A stretch of DNA of 63,998 nucleotides, counting the filler, from Octopus bimaculoides (lineage: Eukaryota), in assembly GCF_001194135.2 (NCBI RefSeq). It is 8 parts of 7 records of this genome, joined end to end, with 100 filler letters (N's around TTAATTAATTAA, not from the genome) between each part and the next. Parts side by side here need not be neighbours in the genome. Positions count along the whole stretch, not along the records: positions 44,349 to 60,442 come from NC_068982.1; positions 60,543 to 62,895 come from NC_068995.1; 6 more parts are not named here. One strand, given 5' to 3'. The translations under genes were made by a program, and so were the position numbers. Below are positions 46,933 through 61,730 of the stretch, piece by piece. Numbering within the stretch: position 1 is the first letter of the stretch; each line of letters begins with the position of its first letter. Below the pieces are notes generated by a model. It worked only from the letters and a program-made list of their open reading frames with translations. It had not been told where the DNA came from and did no database searches.

Positions 46933-49900
46933 ATATATATATATATATAGTTTTAAATGAGGGAACTCGAATTAGAGAAAACTAGATATAAACGCATGTA
47001 GAATATTGACTTACAAAAAAACTAGAACAGAACCCAGTGGGTTCATTCTCACGAGCGCTCCTTGGTGCTTTTCAATCTAAGAGGTTTTTAAGGCTATATT
47101 CTACATGCTGTTAATTATACCTTTATGTACTTCGCGTTTCACCGTTAAAAACAATTTATTTCATATCTCACGTAGTTTCCAAATAAATAAACAAATGAAT
47201 ATTCCTATAATTTAAACAATATATATCTGAACAGTTTGTCTCATAATAACCGAAGCATAGGTGTGTATATGACCTACTTTTAAACGTTAGCATTTTTTTC
47301 AATATCTTAATTTAGAACTTAATAAAGACTTTAGTAGAGGCGGATGATATAAGTTGCTGGCAAAAAGCCACTTATTTAGTTCTTTTCTACATGAATTTCA
47401 CAAGCTTGCCTACTTAAACTTTGATCATAATATATTAATATAATAACACTGAAAATAGTTGTTACGAAAAGGTGAACTCTACAGGGGTTCAAGTTGGCTT
47501 TTAGCTGGGGTCTATTTTACAAAGGACGAAGCATTGTGTTTATAGACAATCTGCCGTCAGTATATATTCCCTATTCCCTTTTGTTCAATTACAGTAAATG
47601 TGATGGTGTAAACAAAAGAACTTTATAGAATGTTACTAAAGAAATCATATTACCAGCGTGAAAGAAACAATTAGCGTCTTATCCAAGAGAGTTTTTCCAT
47701 AATCATTATCTTTTGAAATAGAGGTCTCCTTTAATTTTGCACGAAAATTAATATTTGTTAATATTGTTCAGACGAAATGGTTTCAAAGAGAATTAATAAT
47801 ATTCTCAAATTAATATTTAAAGCAGGGATTTGTGACATTGTCTTTTGAGACTTGTATTCACATTAATGATTGTAAAGTTGGCGCTATGTAAGGAAAGTGG
47901 CTGGTTGTTGGAGCAGATACCATGACGGTCACTGTCATGACATTTAGTTCTGAGATCAAATTCTACTGAGATCAAATGCTTTACGATCGAAAATATACAA
48001 ACGGTATTTTGTGTCATTTCAATCGACTGCTGTATTCCTTCTTAATCGGATTTGTGAAGTTTGATTCACAATGAGACATTTCTGAAAATACACGTCACTC
48101 TATCTCTCAGTGGATGTCTATCACCGTTCGCAATATTCCATAGGTCTTGTTGCCCATCACAATTAGGATAATGATCGGAGGTGGAATTTAAACTCAGAAC
48201 ACATCATGCTGCAAAACATCTTATTTGACGCTCTAATAACTCTATGTATCCATCCATATGCACAGCTAATTTATTTATCAACCTCAAAACGATAATAAAA
48301 TTGAGCCAATATCAGTGGGATTTGTAAAAACAATGCCGGGAACGAAGAAATATTGCAAAGAACTATATCCTGCTCTCTTACGACTCTGCTATTTTAGTAT
48401 CTACTGCAATTAGCGGTAATTATACATGAATGTGTTATAATTATGTATGAAGATTTGTCATACTGATGCCAAGTTTTGAATAAATATAATCACTACCCTG
48501 GTACCTCATTCTATTTTACTATAAACAACACAACCAAATCTGTTCTCGAAAAATCAGTAATTTCTGGATCTCATCCATTCCAGTCATCTACAGTGGAACA
48601 AATTATAACTACATACTGTTTGTTATCAATTGTATACACCCAAATCTTTTACAAGTATCTCTTGTTCTGAAACATGTAGTTACGTACTCATTCCCGCCAT
48701 CAACACTGTATATCCCTCTTTACAATCTCCTTGAAACACATCTTCCATTTACTTCACTCACTACAATTTGCTATTTTCTCCCTACCAAATTATTTTTTCT
48801 ACGAACATTACACTACAGATTTATTAACGCTGAATATTATCTGTATCAATGTTACTAACTTGTGTAGACAAGAAAACACCATGGGCATAAGACATACTCA
48901 GGTATAAGCTTGTATTAGTGTGAATATCCGTTTTATAACCTAGCCTTCATTCATTGATGCCACAAATCACCACAAACTTACGTTTCTCCAAACACGAGAT
49001 TCATGGTTTTCGTTGATTGCAGTCAAATATATTTGTGATAGAATACTCGCATATATATGAACATTTATTTATGCAGAGCATTCGGTGACTTTATAAACAG
49101 TTCGTTTATAATCATAGATTATGTATTATTTGGCCGCAGAAAAGCAACAAAACCACTTTGAGATAAGTAGAATAAGCTTCGATATTTCGAGAGTGATGGA
49201 ATAGGGGCCCTCCATAGAAGTATTTGGCCGTTTCTTTGGACAGACTGAACTATAGTGAACACATAGGTATGGAACTTTAGTTATGTATTTGAATCGGACT
49301 ATAAGTTATTACACATGCACCTAACTGAATTTCAACTCTCGTAGTTTCTCTCTTTCTTAACTATTAACTATATTGACCGATGCATTTTGTAGCGGGGGTA
49401 TTAAATGGTAAAGTATAGGATGCATTATCAGGGAACTTGATTCGATTTACATGAGCCAAAGGATACTTGGCGATATCTACACAGATCGGGAGATGGGTAG
49501 CCACATTTTTTTCGTCAAAGTTTAAAAATAGGTTAAGGTGATCGAGATTTTGGTTGTCCGTTTGCCAAATCTTGATAACCGTTCCTATCCTAAGGTAATC
49601 TTCAAAGTGAATCTGCCACCTGAGACATCGATTAGCTTTCTTTACTTCTAAACATAGTTCCATATATTGGGTTGGATAGCAGAGGTGGCTCAAACTTCTT
49701 TAAGACTTTAGTCTATTTCCGTCCTGACCAGGAATGGTCCCAGTCTTGGTAGAACATAAGTAGGGTGCAATCATCAACAAGAGCTATGGCAACGCCAACA
49801 ATATCCAAGAGACTCCATCCTAAACCGTACCTCTATTCGTTGCTCTTGACAAAGAGACAGCCATGTGCAATGTTTATGGTTTTGATGTGACCTCTTTGAT

Positions 49901-50367
49901 AATAGTTCAGTTTGTTCCAAACATTCCCAGCAGACTGGCTATAAATGTTTTATCAGAAACTAGCGATTATCGATCTGAAATATTTTAGCTGTGTGTTAGT
50001 ACAAATATTGTAAGAATAATGTAATGGTATGTTTTCTTGAAATATGAATTTTCTCAGTGTTGATACTTTTGAAAGTACTCTCATAGATCAACTGAGAATA
50101 TATGTCTACAGCATGTCCACAGACATCACAATATAACCTAGTCTTGGTGGAGTTGTACGATACGAATACAGAAATTACATTGTAGAATACTGTGTTCTCT
50201 TAGCTGCATGCTTCTTAATTTGTTTAATAGTATATAGTGTATTATTCTTATTTTTAAAAAAGTAGGATTTTGCTAGAAGTAAACACGCCTGGATGTACGC
50301 CACGAATATCAGACTAAAGATTGAAGAGCAAACGTAAACATTTAATGAGATGGAGAAACCTAAGTCA

Positions 50368-51209
50368 AGAGGTATTCAGGCTAATTTTCATGATGGCTGT
50401 ATCTCCTTTCTAGAGGAACAGCTTTATGTGTCAGTAAATAGCCAACAGCGTTGGAGAGCATAAATACGAATGTCGTAGTTCAGAAAAAGTTAGCTCACAT
50501 GGGGGATTGGAATCCATCTCAATATGAGGAAAGAGTTACCTGCATCATGATGATTCACGCCGGCTATCAAAATGTGGCCATCATGACTGCTGTTTTGTGA
50601 ACGTTGTAAAGACTGTAAGACGTAACATGGAGAGTTGCAACAGATACTACGAAGTCATAGCCTGCGAGAGAAGACATATCAGACCTGCCCACCGTGTCCG
50701 TACGCTGGAGGTCTTCCCCAAGTCATTGAACAAGGCCTTAGTCTCAGTTCAAATGGTTGGAGAAGATTGCTGCAGGAAAGCCATATATGTAGCAGCAGGA
50801 TTCGGTCCGGTGTCATACTTCCGGAAAGAATCAGAAGTAGCTCTCAGAGAATCCCTACCACTTCACCAACCTCAATTCCTGGCTTCTTAAACGCATAGAT
50901 AATTGGGGTGGGGGCGTGATTGAGAAAGACATCAACCGCTCTGCCTATAAGAATAAGGCCGAGCTGTTAGCCCATATCAAGGAGGTGTTTATAAATCTTC
51001 CCTGGGACACATTGAGATATGTAGGCACCACGTTCTGGAGCCGCCTTGAGACCATAGTGTAAGCTGAGGGTGGCTACTTTAAGTAAACTATTATCTCCCA
51101 GCCGCAATCCAGTTATGTTTTGAATATTTTTCTAAAATACTTTTATTTTGAGATGCGATATTGTCTTACTTTTTTAATGCAGACTCTCAAATCTAGCTTG
51201 AACACCCTG
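50368..51209 (+). mobile_element. Second DD37D/maT-like relic, internally deleted
   Basis: WLEKIAAGKPYM*QQDSVRCHTSGKNQK..WGVIEKDINRSA.KNKAEL..LETIV*AEGGYFK*; right TIR cttgaacaccctg followed by TA; degenerate left TIR near 50368. Confidence 0.7.
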
Positions 51210-52871
51210 TATGATATAATTTATCAAACGATAAGTAAACCATTGTGTGGCTGCATTTCAGTCGCAAGGGTTAGATCGAACTAAGGCTACAGATTGAAGC
51301 ACCTACTCGAGAGTCTGCGAAGTGAAATTACACTCGAAACTGCAAATGTTCTTTAGCATAATCATTCGATTTACAAACGATTAACCCAAAAGAAAGGAAC
51401 CTGGAAAAAGCATCATAGATAACTGAAAATAGAATTTGGATGTATAAGGTGGCAATTGCATTCCCATAGTAAGTCCTAGGTTTATACTGGAGAATAAGGG
51501 ATACGTTATGGCATTTCTACCTTTCGACTATAGATGTAACTTAAATGAAATGCAACGCCAGTTGAAACTACATTTTAGGTTCACCTTTTCTATAATTGTT
51601 ATATTGAGTCATTCACTATATCTGGCATAAGTATTATGTCTACATAGGTATTAAAGTTTTGATTGCTGTTTACGTGTTAGCCATTTGGTAGAATTGTTGC
51701 TAAGAAATGACTAGATATTTTAGTTTGTCTGTGATTAGTTTCTAATTGAGATAATTTAATCAAGAAGAAAACTGAGTGCACTCCGCATGAAACATTAGCT
51801 TCAAGGTAGTGAAGTTCTCTGCAGGAAGGAATAACTTTATTGACTTGCAATTTCATAAAAGATTTATAGAGAATACAATAGCAATATTTGGTGACTATTT
51901 AACCGTAATCAAATGAGACAAACGCCGTGAGCAACAGAATTTCAACATTATTCCAAAGACACCCTTCTGTTATCGATGATTAGTATTAATGGTTAAAAAT
52001 GCAGAACCCCGTTGGTGCTGCATTTTATAATCATCTCAATCAACTAAGTCCTTCTTATTTAAGAAGAAACGTTCTGTGTACAATCAAAGGTCATGTCTTT
52101 CAAATTAGGTTCTATAATTTCCATAGTTCCGCAGTCTGAGATGAATATATTCAGTTATATATTATGTTTGCAGGCAAATCCTTTTCTTCGAATTGGATCT
52201 ACTTCGCAACTGTAATTTACAAATACTTCTCAATACTTTGAGACTTGATATATAAACGCAAATTAAAGGTGAAGCAATATTTGTCTTCTGGTTCGATAAT
52301 AGCGTGTGTAAAACCCAATTATGCACGCAGTGGCTTTACAATACAATATTTAAACAGCTTTGGCTTTAATCCTACTGTACACAGGAAATAATTGACTCAG
52401 GAATATCGGTTTCAAACGTGGCTGCTAAATTCTCTCAAAAGTTGAACGCAGAAACTAATGCTCGTTGACATAGAATTATTTGGAAACCCAGTGTAACGCT
52501 TTCAAAAGTTCACTTTGTCGGCAGTTCTACATGAATGATTTAATTTTTAATCGACGTTCTACAACATATTTTCTTCGTTCAGTTATATTTTTATTTTTTA
52601 TTTTTTAAATTTTTTGTCCCGTTGTTTGCACAATACCATGATTTTGCCTTTTGACGCCGTACCTGATTTACGATTTTCTTATCTCCCAGATTCGACGGAT
52701 ACCAGTGACTGGGAAACGTGACTTAAGGACATATGTCTCATGTAGGTGGTAATGGGGTATTCATGAAGCTAATGTTTTCTTTTATGTTTTACTTGCTTCA
52801 GTCATTTGACTGCGGTGATCGAGTGTTGAGTAGAACAAATGATCCGAGTACTCGTTTTGGAAAACAACTAC

Positions 52872-53196
<325 letters not shown>

Positions 53197-53733
53197 AAGT
53201 AGTAGTATCGGTGGTGNNNNNNNNNNNNNNNNNNNNNNNNNNNNNNNNNNNNNNNNNNNNNNNNNNNNNNNNNNNNNNNNNNNNNNNNNNNNNNNNNNNN
53301 NNNNNNNNNNNNNNNNNNNNNNNNNNNNNNNNNNNNNNNNNNNNNNNNNNNNNNNNNNNNNNNNNNNNNNNNNNNNNNNNNNNNNNNNNNNNNNNNNNNN
53401 NNNNNNNNNNNNNNNNNNNNNNNNNNNNNNNNNNNNNNNNNNNNNNNNNNNNNNNNNNNNNNNNNNNNNNNNNNNNNNNNNNNNNNNNNNNNNNNNNNNN
53501 NNNNNNNNNNNNNNNNNNNNNNNNNNNNNNNNNNNNNNNNNNNNNNNNNNNNNNNNNNNNNNNNNNNNNNNNNNNNNNNNNNNNNNNNNNNNNNNNNNNN
53601 NNNNNNNNNNNNNNNNNNNNNNNNNNNNNNNNNNNNNNNNNNNNNNNNNNNNNNNNNNNNNNNNNNNNNNNNNNNNNNNNNNNNNNNNNNNNNNNNNNNN
53701 NNNNNNNNNNNNNNNNNNNNNNNNNNNNNNNNN

Positions 53734-55005
53734 AGACTTGAAGAGAGCCAAAATCAAATGTATGGACACGCTAACGATACCATCGGGGGAAGTTATGAAG
53801 CAGATAGAAGAGACGGGCTATAAGTACTTGGGGATTTTGGAAATGGATAAATTGATGGAGAAAGAAATGACAGAAAATTTTAAGATGTACTTGCGCAGTC
53901 TGAGACTGATCCTTAAGTCGAAATTAAACGGACGGGATAAGATCGAAGTTATCAACACCTGGGCAGTTTAACTCCTTAGATAGGGAGCGGGGGTAATCGC
54001 ATGGACAGTAGACGAACTAAACAGCTTAGACAGAAAGACAAGGCAGTTGCTAACTAGATATGGGTCACTCCACCCAAAAAGTGACACAGACAGTTTGTAT
54101 GTACCAAGAAAAAAGGGAGAAGAGTACTTATTGGATGCAACCACAGCATTAGAACAGAAGAAAAGAACATAGCATGGTATGTAAAAATGCCACAGAACCG
54201 CTATTATTAGAAGTAGGAAGGTGAGGCTTGTATAGGCTGAAAGATTGCAAAGATAAAGCACTATACAAGAAATTGAAAACGAATGAAACTGAAAATAAGT
54301 GGTTAAAGAAAAGAATGCATGGTCAATTTCATAGGGATGTTGAAGATAAGACAGAGAGAGGAACACGATGGCTGTTGATGACTAAATGTGATTTAAAACC
54401 GGAAACGAGGGCTCTAATCTGTGCTGCCCAAGAGCAAGCACTAAGAACAAACTACATAAAATGCAGAATAGACAACACATCAGAAAGTGATAAGTGCAGA
54501 ATCTGTGGACAGAACGGTGAAAACGTATGGCATATTGCCAGCCAATGTACACCACTAGCCCAGAAGGAATATAAGAGACTCCACGACAATATAGTCAGGC
54601 TTGTCCATTGTACAGTTTCCAACAGGTATGGACTTGACAGAGCAGAAAATTGGTACGACCACAAACCTGAAGGCATCGCCAAAAAATGGAAATGAAATGA
54701 TCCTTTGGAATTTTATGATTCAGTGCGACCATGAGTAAAAAATAGGAAGCTAGATATAGACTTAATTGAGAAAGAAAACAAACTATACTGGATCATAGAT
54801 ATAGCATGCCCAGCAAAATTCTCGAAAAGTACGTGGAACAAATAGGGGATGCCATAAGGGTGGAGTACTTGCAGAAAACAGCACTGCTTGGAACCGCGTG
54901 AATACCCCGGAAGATGCTCGAAAAATAGGATGTGTTACCTTAGTTCACTAGTAGTGAACAGCTGACACTGTAGTACATCTCCGGCGTTAGAAACTGTGCA
55001 AAGTC
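53734..55005 (+). mobile_element. R4/Dong-clade (RLE) LINE 3' portion with (AAT)n tail, copy 1
   Basis: YKYLGILE..KSKLNGRDKIEVINTWAV..HPKSD..LYVPRKK; CCHC knuckle CRICGQNGENVWHIASQC; RLE-like RKLDIDL..IIDIACP; end LQKTALLGT; multiple stops and frameshifts. Confidence 0.85.
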
Positions 55006-55021
55006 AATAATAATAATAATG

Positions 55022-55068
<47 letters not shown>

Positions 55069-55069
<1 letters not shown>

Positions 55070-56234
55070 GCCACAAAACACGAGCAAAACAAAAAACTGT
55101 TTTCAGTATTTAAGGAAGCTGACAAATACAAACAAGAAATCAATCTACCTAACAAATACGAAGAAGAAGAAGAAGAAGAAGAAGAAACAACAAAAGCTAT
55201 AAAACAAATGAAATCCAAACTAAAACTAGAACAGCAACGGACCATGATAAAACGATGGCAAGAAAAGCCCCTACATAGTAAATACTGGGCTAAACTAAAT
55301 GCGAAAGAAATAGANNNNNNNNNNNNNNNNNNNNNNNNNNNNNNNNNNNNNNNNNNNNNNNNNNNNNNNNNNNNNNNNNNNNNNNNNNNNNNNNNNNNNN
55401 NNNNNNNNNNNNNNNNNNNNNNNNNNNNNNNNNNNNNNNNNNNNNNNNNNNNNNNNNNNNNNNNNNNNNNNNNNNNNNNNNNNNNNNNNNNNNNNNNNNN
55501 NNNNNNNNNNNNNNNNNNNNNNNNNNNNNNNNNNNNNNNNNNNNNNNNNNNNNNNNNNNNNNNNNNNNNNNNNNNNNNNNNNNNNNNNNNNNNNNNNNNN
55601 NNNNNNNNNNNNNNNNNNNNNNNNNNNNNNNNNNNNNNNNNNNNNNNNNNNNNNNNNNNNNNNNNNNNNNNNNNNNNNNNNNNNNNNNNNNNNNNNNNNN
55701 NNNNNNNNNNNNNNNNNNNNNNNNNNNNNNNNNNNNNNNNNNNNNNNNNNNNNNNNNNNNNNNNNNNNNNNNNNNNNNNNNNNNNNNNNNNNNNNNNNNN
55801 NNNNNNNNNNNNNNNNNNNNNNNNNNNNNNNNNNNNNNNNNNNNNNNNNNNNNNNNNNNNNNNNNNNNNNNATGTATCAATACCAGCAGATGACAACGTT
55901 TCTCTAAAAGAAATGGAAAAACTTTCAAAATACAAAGACCTGGAAATAGAGATAACTCGAATGTGGAATCTAAAAACAGAAACAATTCCTATCATAGTAG
56001 GTGCCTTAGGTATAATAAAAAAATATTCAGACAAATACATAACAAAAACACCAGGACTTACAAATATATATAACATACAGAAAATTGCACTACTGGGTAC
56101 TGCACACATTCTACGCAAAACACTTTCAATACAGTAAACATAAGAGCACCACAGCAAACCACAGCACATACCCAAGGCGCACAGAGCTGCGCTCGGTAGT
56201 GAAGTGAAAGCACGTTATAAAAATGAAACTACTG
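55069..56234 (+). mobile_element. R4/Dong-clade LINE 3' portion with (AAT)n tail, copy 2 (different family)
   Basis: WQEKPLHSKY..; VSIPADDNV..KEMEKLSKYKDLEIEITRMW..PIIVGALG..IQKIALLGTAHILRKTL*; distinct 3' UTR, then (AAT)n. Confidence 0.85.
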
Positions 56235-57929
56235 AATAATAATAATAATAACAAGATTCCCTTATTTAATTCGTGTAATATGATCGCAATTATTTACCAT
56301 AATAACCAAATAACATTATATCGTACTACATCAAATCCGAGTAAGCTTCAAAAGAAAGAAAATTGGCTTTGAGGTTCAACCTGACCATCAGTCTATATGT
56401 TGCTCCTAAATCTATATCGTATCATAAAAGTTTCAATAGACATACGGTTAGAATGGCATATTCCACTATGAATAACGTTGCTGAATATTTAGTATGATTT
56501 AACCGTAGTAAAAAAATAACTTTAAAATGCATTGTGTATCTAATACTGTAGCTAATAAGCACCTAAATATCCGCAACACAATACTGCAAATAAGCAACAT
56601 ATTGACAAGCGCGATTCCAATAATAGTACTATGAATAATAGTGAAGCTGAACACATCACACCTACTAATAATCAAGCAAAGCTTGTTGTATATAAATTCA
56701 ATGTGCCCCATTAATAACCAATGCTTTAAGGAAAATATAGTGTATAAGTGCTCTATTATCACTCTTTGTGAAGTACATGTTGACATTGGTTCATCCACTT
56801 CCTTTTCAAATTTCGCAGGAATAATCACAGACCTATATTTAGACGTAAAGAAAAATCTAACCGTACATCTGAAGCTAAATTTGTTCACTCTCTCACTGGT
56901 AATACCATCGCATTTAAAATTACTTTGTTGTATGTAATTCACAACTATATAAAGGTTGCGGTGGCTGATGTGGCCTCTGTGTATCTGTGTATAAAATGAA
57001 ATTGAATATTATGGAACAACCTGATGAATTGATTGTAAGATGCAAGCATATAAATTATTTCTATATTCTTACTACACCTAACGTTATACTTATATATCTT
57101 CGCTTATAAACTTTATAAGTTTGATCAATGCTTGGTTAACCATAATGTTGTCCCACTTTAATAATGGATATTGTTTTGGACTATATTAAAACAATCTGTT
57201 ATTTGTAAGAATATTTATGCCAGCACCTTAATACAAATCGTTACTGCATGCTAGCTAATCGCCTATCATGGTTAACCATATGTTGGGCTTACCTTGTAAT
57301 AGATAATGTATTAGAGAATATCCAGACATTTTACTACCTAGATCAATACAATTGAATAATTCCCTACCTTATTAACGATACTTTGTTTTCACCTTCGTGA
57401 TAGATCATATTCTAATATTCTTCAATTTGTAAAAATAATTATTATCCATTGATGCTAGCGCCTTCAATAAGATAATTCCTATATGCTAACTATACCTAAG
57501 GCTACAAGTAATTATTGAACCTACGCTAATAAGTGTTTCCCTAGATTAATGCAAATGAAAAATTCTCTACCTCGGTTATTCATAATTTGGTCTCAACCTT
57601 AGTAGATAATGCATTAAACCATATTCAAACTTTATGCTGTTTGTAAAAATATATTCTCCCCGTTGACATACAACATTCCAGGTTATTGTATTTAATACCT
57701 GAACTATATTTTACATATTGCTACCTTCTAATGACCGCACGATTCTGTAATTCTACTCCTTCAACCTTCTACATACCCCGGCTTTTCACTCTCTCTTAGA
57801 TATTATTTTCTTTTTATTATCATCATTCATTAAATTTACTTCTATAATCCACTTGGCAGATTCAATAAAATAGAAGTGTATAATTTATAGCATTATGAAC
57901 TGGCTATATCTTTATATTCATATGCTTCC

Positions 57930-58820
57930 ATATGAGTTCGTATACATGTCACTATAAATGTATATATATATATATGTGTATATATATGTTTTTGTACGTA
58001 TGTGTGCTTTTGTACGCATTTATATGTATCTGTATGTTTTATGCACGTATGTACAAACGCATGCATACACATAAATATACATGTGTATATGTGTGTCTAT
58101 ATATATGGCTTTATCTTGATATGTGTGCATAAATGCATGTATGTGTACCGTATATGTTTAAATCTATGATTGTATATTTGAATTTGCATATCATATAGGT
58201 ATGTATATTTATTTGCATTTATATTCTTCCGTGCGATTATGCACATTTATATGTAAAATTTATGCATATTTAAGTAAGGTTATATGTGTGTGTTCGTGTG
58301 TGCTCCTGTGTACGTGCGTGTGCGCTCATATGTGCACGTGTATTTCTGTGTATGTATGTATGTATTTCTTTGCATTTGCATATTTAGGTGTCTGTATCCC
58401 TGTATTTATGTCCATAAGTGCATATATGCATTTTTGTATGGGCGCGTGTGCAGATAAATATGCTTGTACAGCTATGTATCTGCATAAGATGTACTACTCA
58501 TACATGCGCGTGCATCTATACATGCGTGTATGTGTAAGAGCATATATGTACTCCTATGTATATATGTTGTTGTAGGTACCTATATGAATGTATTGTTTGC
58601 ATACGTATGTCCATTTATATCCTGCTTTTCTGTATGTGTTTTTGTATGTATTTATATATGCGTATGGGTTTATACTTATGTGTAAGTATACATATATGTT
58701 TCCGTGTGTATTAATGTCTATCTCAGTGCGGTCTATATGTATATTAATTGGTATAATAGTGTTCAAGTGTGCGTGATGTCTTTGTTCTTAGTATGGTAAT
58801 GCTTATGTATGTATATGTGC
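57930..58820. repeat. ~900-bp degenerate alternating purine-pyrimidine (TA/TG/CA) tract
   Basis: Direct reading. Confidence 0.85.
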
Positions 58821-59486
58821 TTTTATGCAGGAACGAGTATTGCTTTGGTTTCACTATAGTTCATTAAGATAGGAGGTATTCTTTGAGGTTTACTAAGAAA
58901 ATGTGATAAAATTAAGATTCATAGGCTTCCATGTGTGATCAAAAACATTTTAATCCTATTTAAAATTTACTGTTGTTCAATAATATCTTCATGTTTAGTT
59001 TAATCTTTTTTATTTCCAGCTGTCTGTTCCCAAGTTTATTTATATTATATGTAATTTTATATACCTTTAATGCTTTTTTTCTTTACTATAACTATTTTAC
59101 TTCCTCTTCTATCCCTTTCTGAGCGTTGTTAACATTAAGGATGGTTAATCGCCTGATCTTAGATCCAACACATTCATTGATATGAAACAAAATATATTTA
59201 TTTCTAATGACAATGCTAAGCTAATTCAATGTAGTATTGATTTTCCATTCATTGTATATATAAAGAGAAAATTTTATATGTATATTTAGAGTTGAAGCAC
59301 TGAAACATTTTGCATGTATACTTAGAGTTGAAGATGTTCTGGTGTTTTGAAACGCTAGCTTTCTTTATCTACACTGATTTGTATATATGTGGTTGTATTG
59401 TATAATACGTAGCATGCATAGAAGTGTAGACATGTAGAATGCTGTGAAACGGCCGTAATTCTAAGGGTGACAAGTAGATAAATAAC

Positions 59487-59771
59487 TCTTTTACTCTTTT
59501 ACTTTTTTTCAGTCATTTAACTGTGGCCGTGCTGGGGCACCACCTTTAGTCGAGCAAATCAACCCCAGGGCTTATTTTGTGTAAGCCTAGTACTTATTCT
59601 ATCGGTCTCTTTTGCCGAACCGCTAAGTTACGGGGACGTAAACACACCAGCAGCGGTTGTCAAGCGATGTTGGGGGGGACAAACACAGACACACAAACAC
59701 ACACACACACATATATATATATAGATAGATATACATATATACGACGGTCTTCTTTCAGTTTCTGTCTACCA
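59487..59771 (-). mobile_element. Family A SINE, 3' half
   Basis: ctcttttactctttt..cagtcattt..ttttgccgaaccgctaagttacgggg..cagtttctgtctaccaaat. Confidence 0.9.
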
Positions 59772-60257
59772 AATAAGTATATTAATTTTCATACCTCCTG
59801 ACATTTTATGATATAATGTGGGTAGTTGGAGTACATACCAAAAGATTTCCAGTCCCTTATATATATAGTAAAGGCTATTTGCCAACATTCCTGGTTCAGG
59901 AAGAATGTTACTGGTATTTAGCCCCAGGAAACATCGTCTCCAGCTGGATATATGACACTCTATCTTTGTCCTTATATTTTCGAACAAGGGAGTTTAGCAT
60001 CCCCACTCAGAACAAAACATTATCTTTGTATCGCGATTTCTAGGTTATTTCTCTTCATCAGCACAGAATAATTGTTGGCTACAGCAGGCGCTGCTAAATT
60101 CATGTTCGTTGTTGTTATATATTTCGTAATATATATATATTTCCTCTAGCCGAAAATATATGTGTGTATGTATGTATGTATGTATGTATGTATGTATGTA
60201 TGTATGTATGTATGTATGTATGTATGCAATCCTGTCTCCTCTCATCACACACGAACT

Positions 60258-60411
60258 TTCTCCGTGTTTTTCTCCTTGTCTCCGTATTCTTTCTGTTGAA
60301 GAGCGTAGCTCGAAACGTCAAAGACTTTCCGTATTCCCGAGCGTCATACTAATACATCCTTTTGTTATTTACACCACCTGTCCTCGTCTGTTGTTGTTTT
60401 TCGTACATCTC

Positions 60412-60413
<2 letters not shown>
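60258..60413 (+). mobile_element. Second copy of the short ribozyme-bearing element
   Basis: Near-identical to 46776-46932; followed by (TA)n. Confidence 0.75.
60288..60324 (+). ncRNA. Minimal type I hammerhead motif, A6U core variant
   Basis: Identical to 46806-46842. Confidence 0.7.
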
Positions 60414-60442
<29 letters not shown>

Positions 60443-60689
60443 NNNNNNNNNNNNNNNNNNNNNNNNNNNNNNNNNNNNNNNNNNNNTTAATTAATTAANN
60501 NNNNNNNNNNNNNNNNNNNNNNNNNNNNNNNNNNNNNNNNNNTTTTTATTTTTTTTTTAAATACATGTTTTACCTGTGAATTTGCGTGTGTAAATTGGGA
60601 ATGCATACAACGAGTTTCTCTGCCCTAGGTGTACGGAAAACACTCGGCGAGAAATGGAAGAAAATTTGAAGAAAGAAGAAAAAAACAAC

Positions 60690-60750
<61 letters not shown>

Positions 60751-61121
60751 TAATAATAATAATAATAATAATGTCAGTTTAAAAATTTTGAATTAGGTTT
60801 TAAATTATCTTACGATCGTTTCAGAAAAGCGATCCCTTAATAATGGAATCCTATATTGATAATCATTGTTAGACAACTATTCTGCTCTTCAGAGATATAA
60901 AGTTTAGAATATGTATAATTTCTCAAATGGTATTTTTTTTAAAGATATGAAGTAATATTATAAAAGTTGTTTGTTTGGCATATTTGTTATTATTATATAT
61001 TTTTATACTTATACGTATTTACATATATTTTTACATATAGTTTTAATACAACAATTACTCTACACATGTATATATCTTTCCGATGAATTCTCCAATATTG
61101 ATTTCCGGATATTAATATATT

Positions 61122-61168
<47 letters not shown>

Positions 61169-61605
61169 ACATATATATATTTATAATGGCATGTTACATA
61201 TATGTGCGTGTATGTATATATGTACATATGAAGATATGCATATATGTAAATATCCTCATGCACATATACGCATAATACATGTATGCATATATGTATGGGG
61301 TTAATGTTACATTCCATTTGCAGCGATGCTTTTAATAAACTTAAGATCAATATAATATTCTTACATTCATTTCGTGTTATTTCAATTCACAGAATGAGAG
61401 TTTGATCATGTTATATATAATACTTTTCTTAAGCTTAATAACTACAGTTTCAGTCACAGGCAAAATACGGTTATCAAACAGGATATTCGTTATCAACAAC
61501 TGTTCCGCCATATATACTACATTTTTGCAAACCGTATCTCCTACACTGAAAATGGCGATCTCTTTTTACCAGTGTTTATGTCCTTGTAGCGCAATATCTA
61601 AATAT

Positions 61606-61730
61606 TTAACTCAATTCAAAATCATTTGGCTTAGCTCGAAAGCAACATTGAAAATGCTGATCGCATATAAAACTTTTGTTTGCGACATCGATAAACAACG
61701 AATGTGCATCAAAGTAGTTTCTTGAGGTAC
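61606..61730 (-). CDS. Possible terminal exon (xTSRNYFDAHSLFIDVANKSFICDQHFQCCFRAKPNDFELS*), product unknown
   Basis: Acceptor ttttgctgttatttcAG at 61732-61731; frame ambiguous. Confidence 0.2.

Noticed and set aside
56499-57700. Nuclear mitochondrial insertion or protocadherin exon
   Set aside because: TAA/TAG stops persist under the mitochondrial code, and no cadherin motifs (DxD, LDRE, DxNDN) are visible.
59436-59465. TAGAAT-gctgtGAAACGGCCGTA-ATTCTA
   Set aside because: Has helix I and III-like pairing, but no helix II and an incomplete core.
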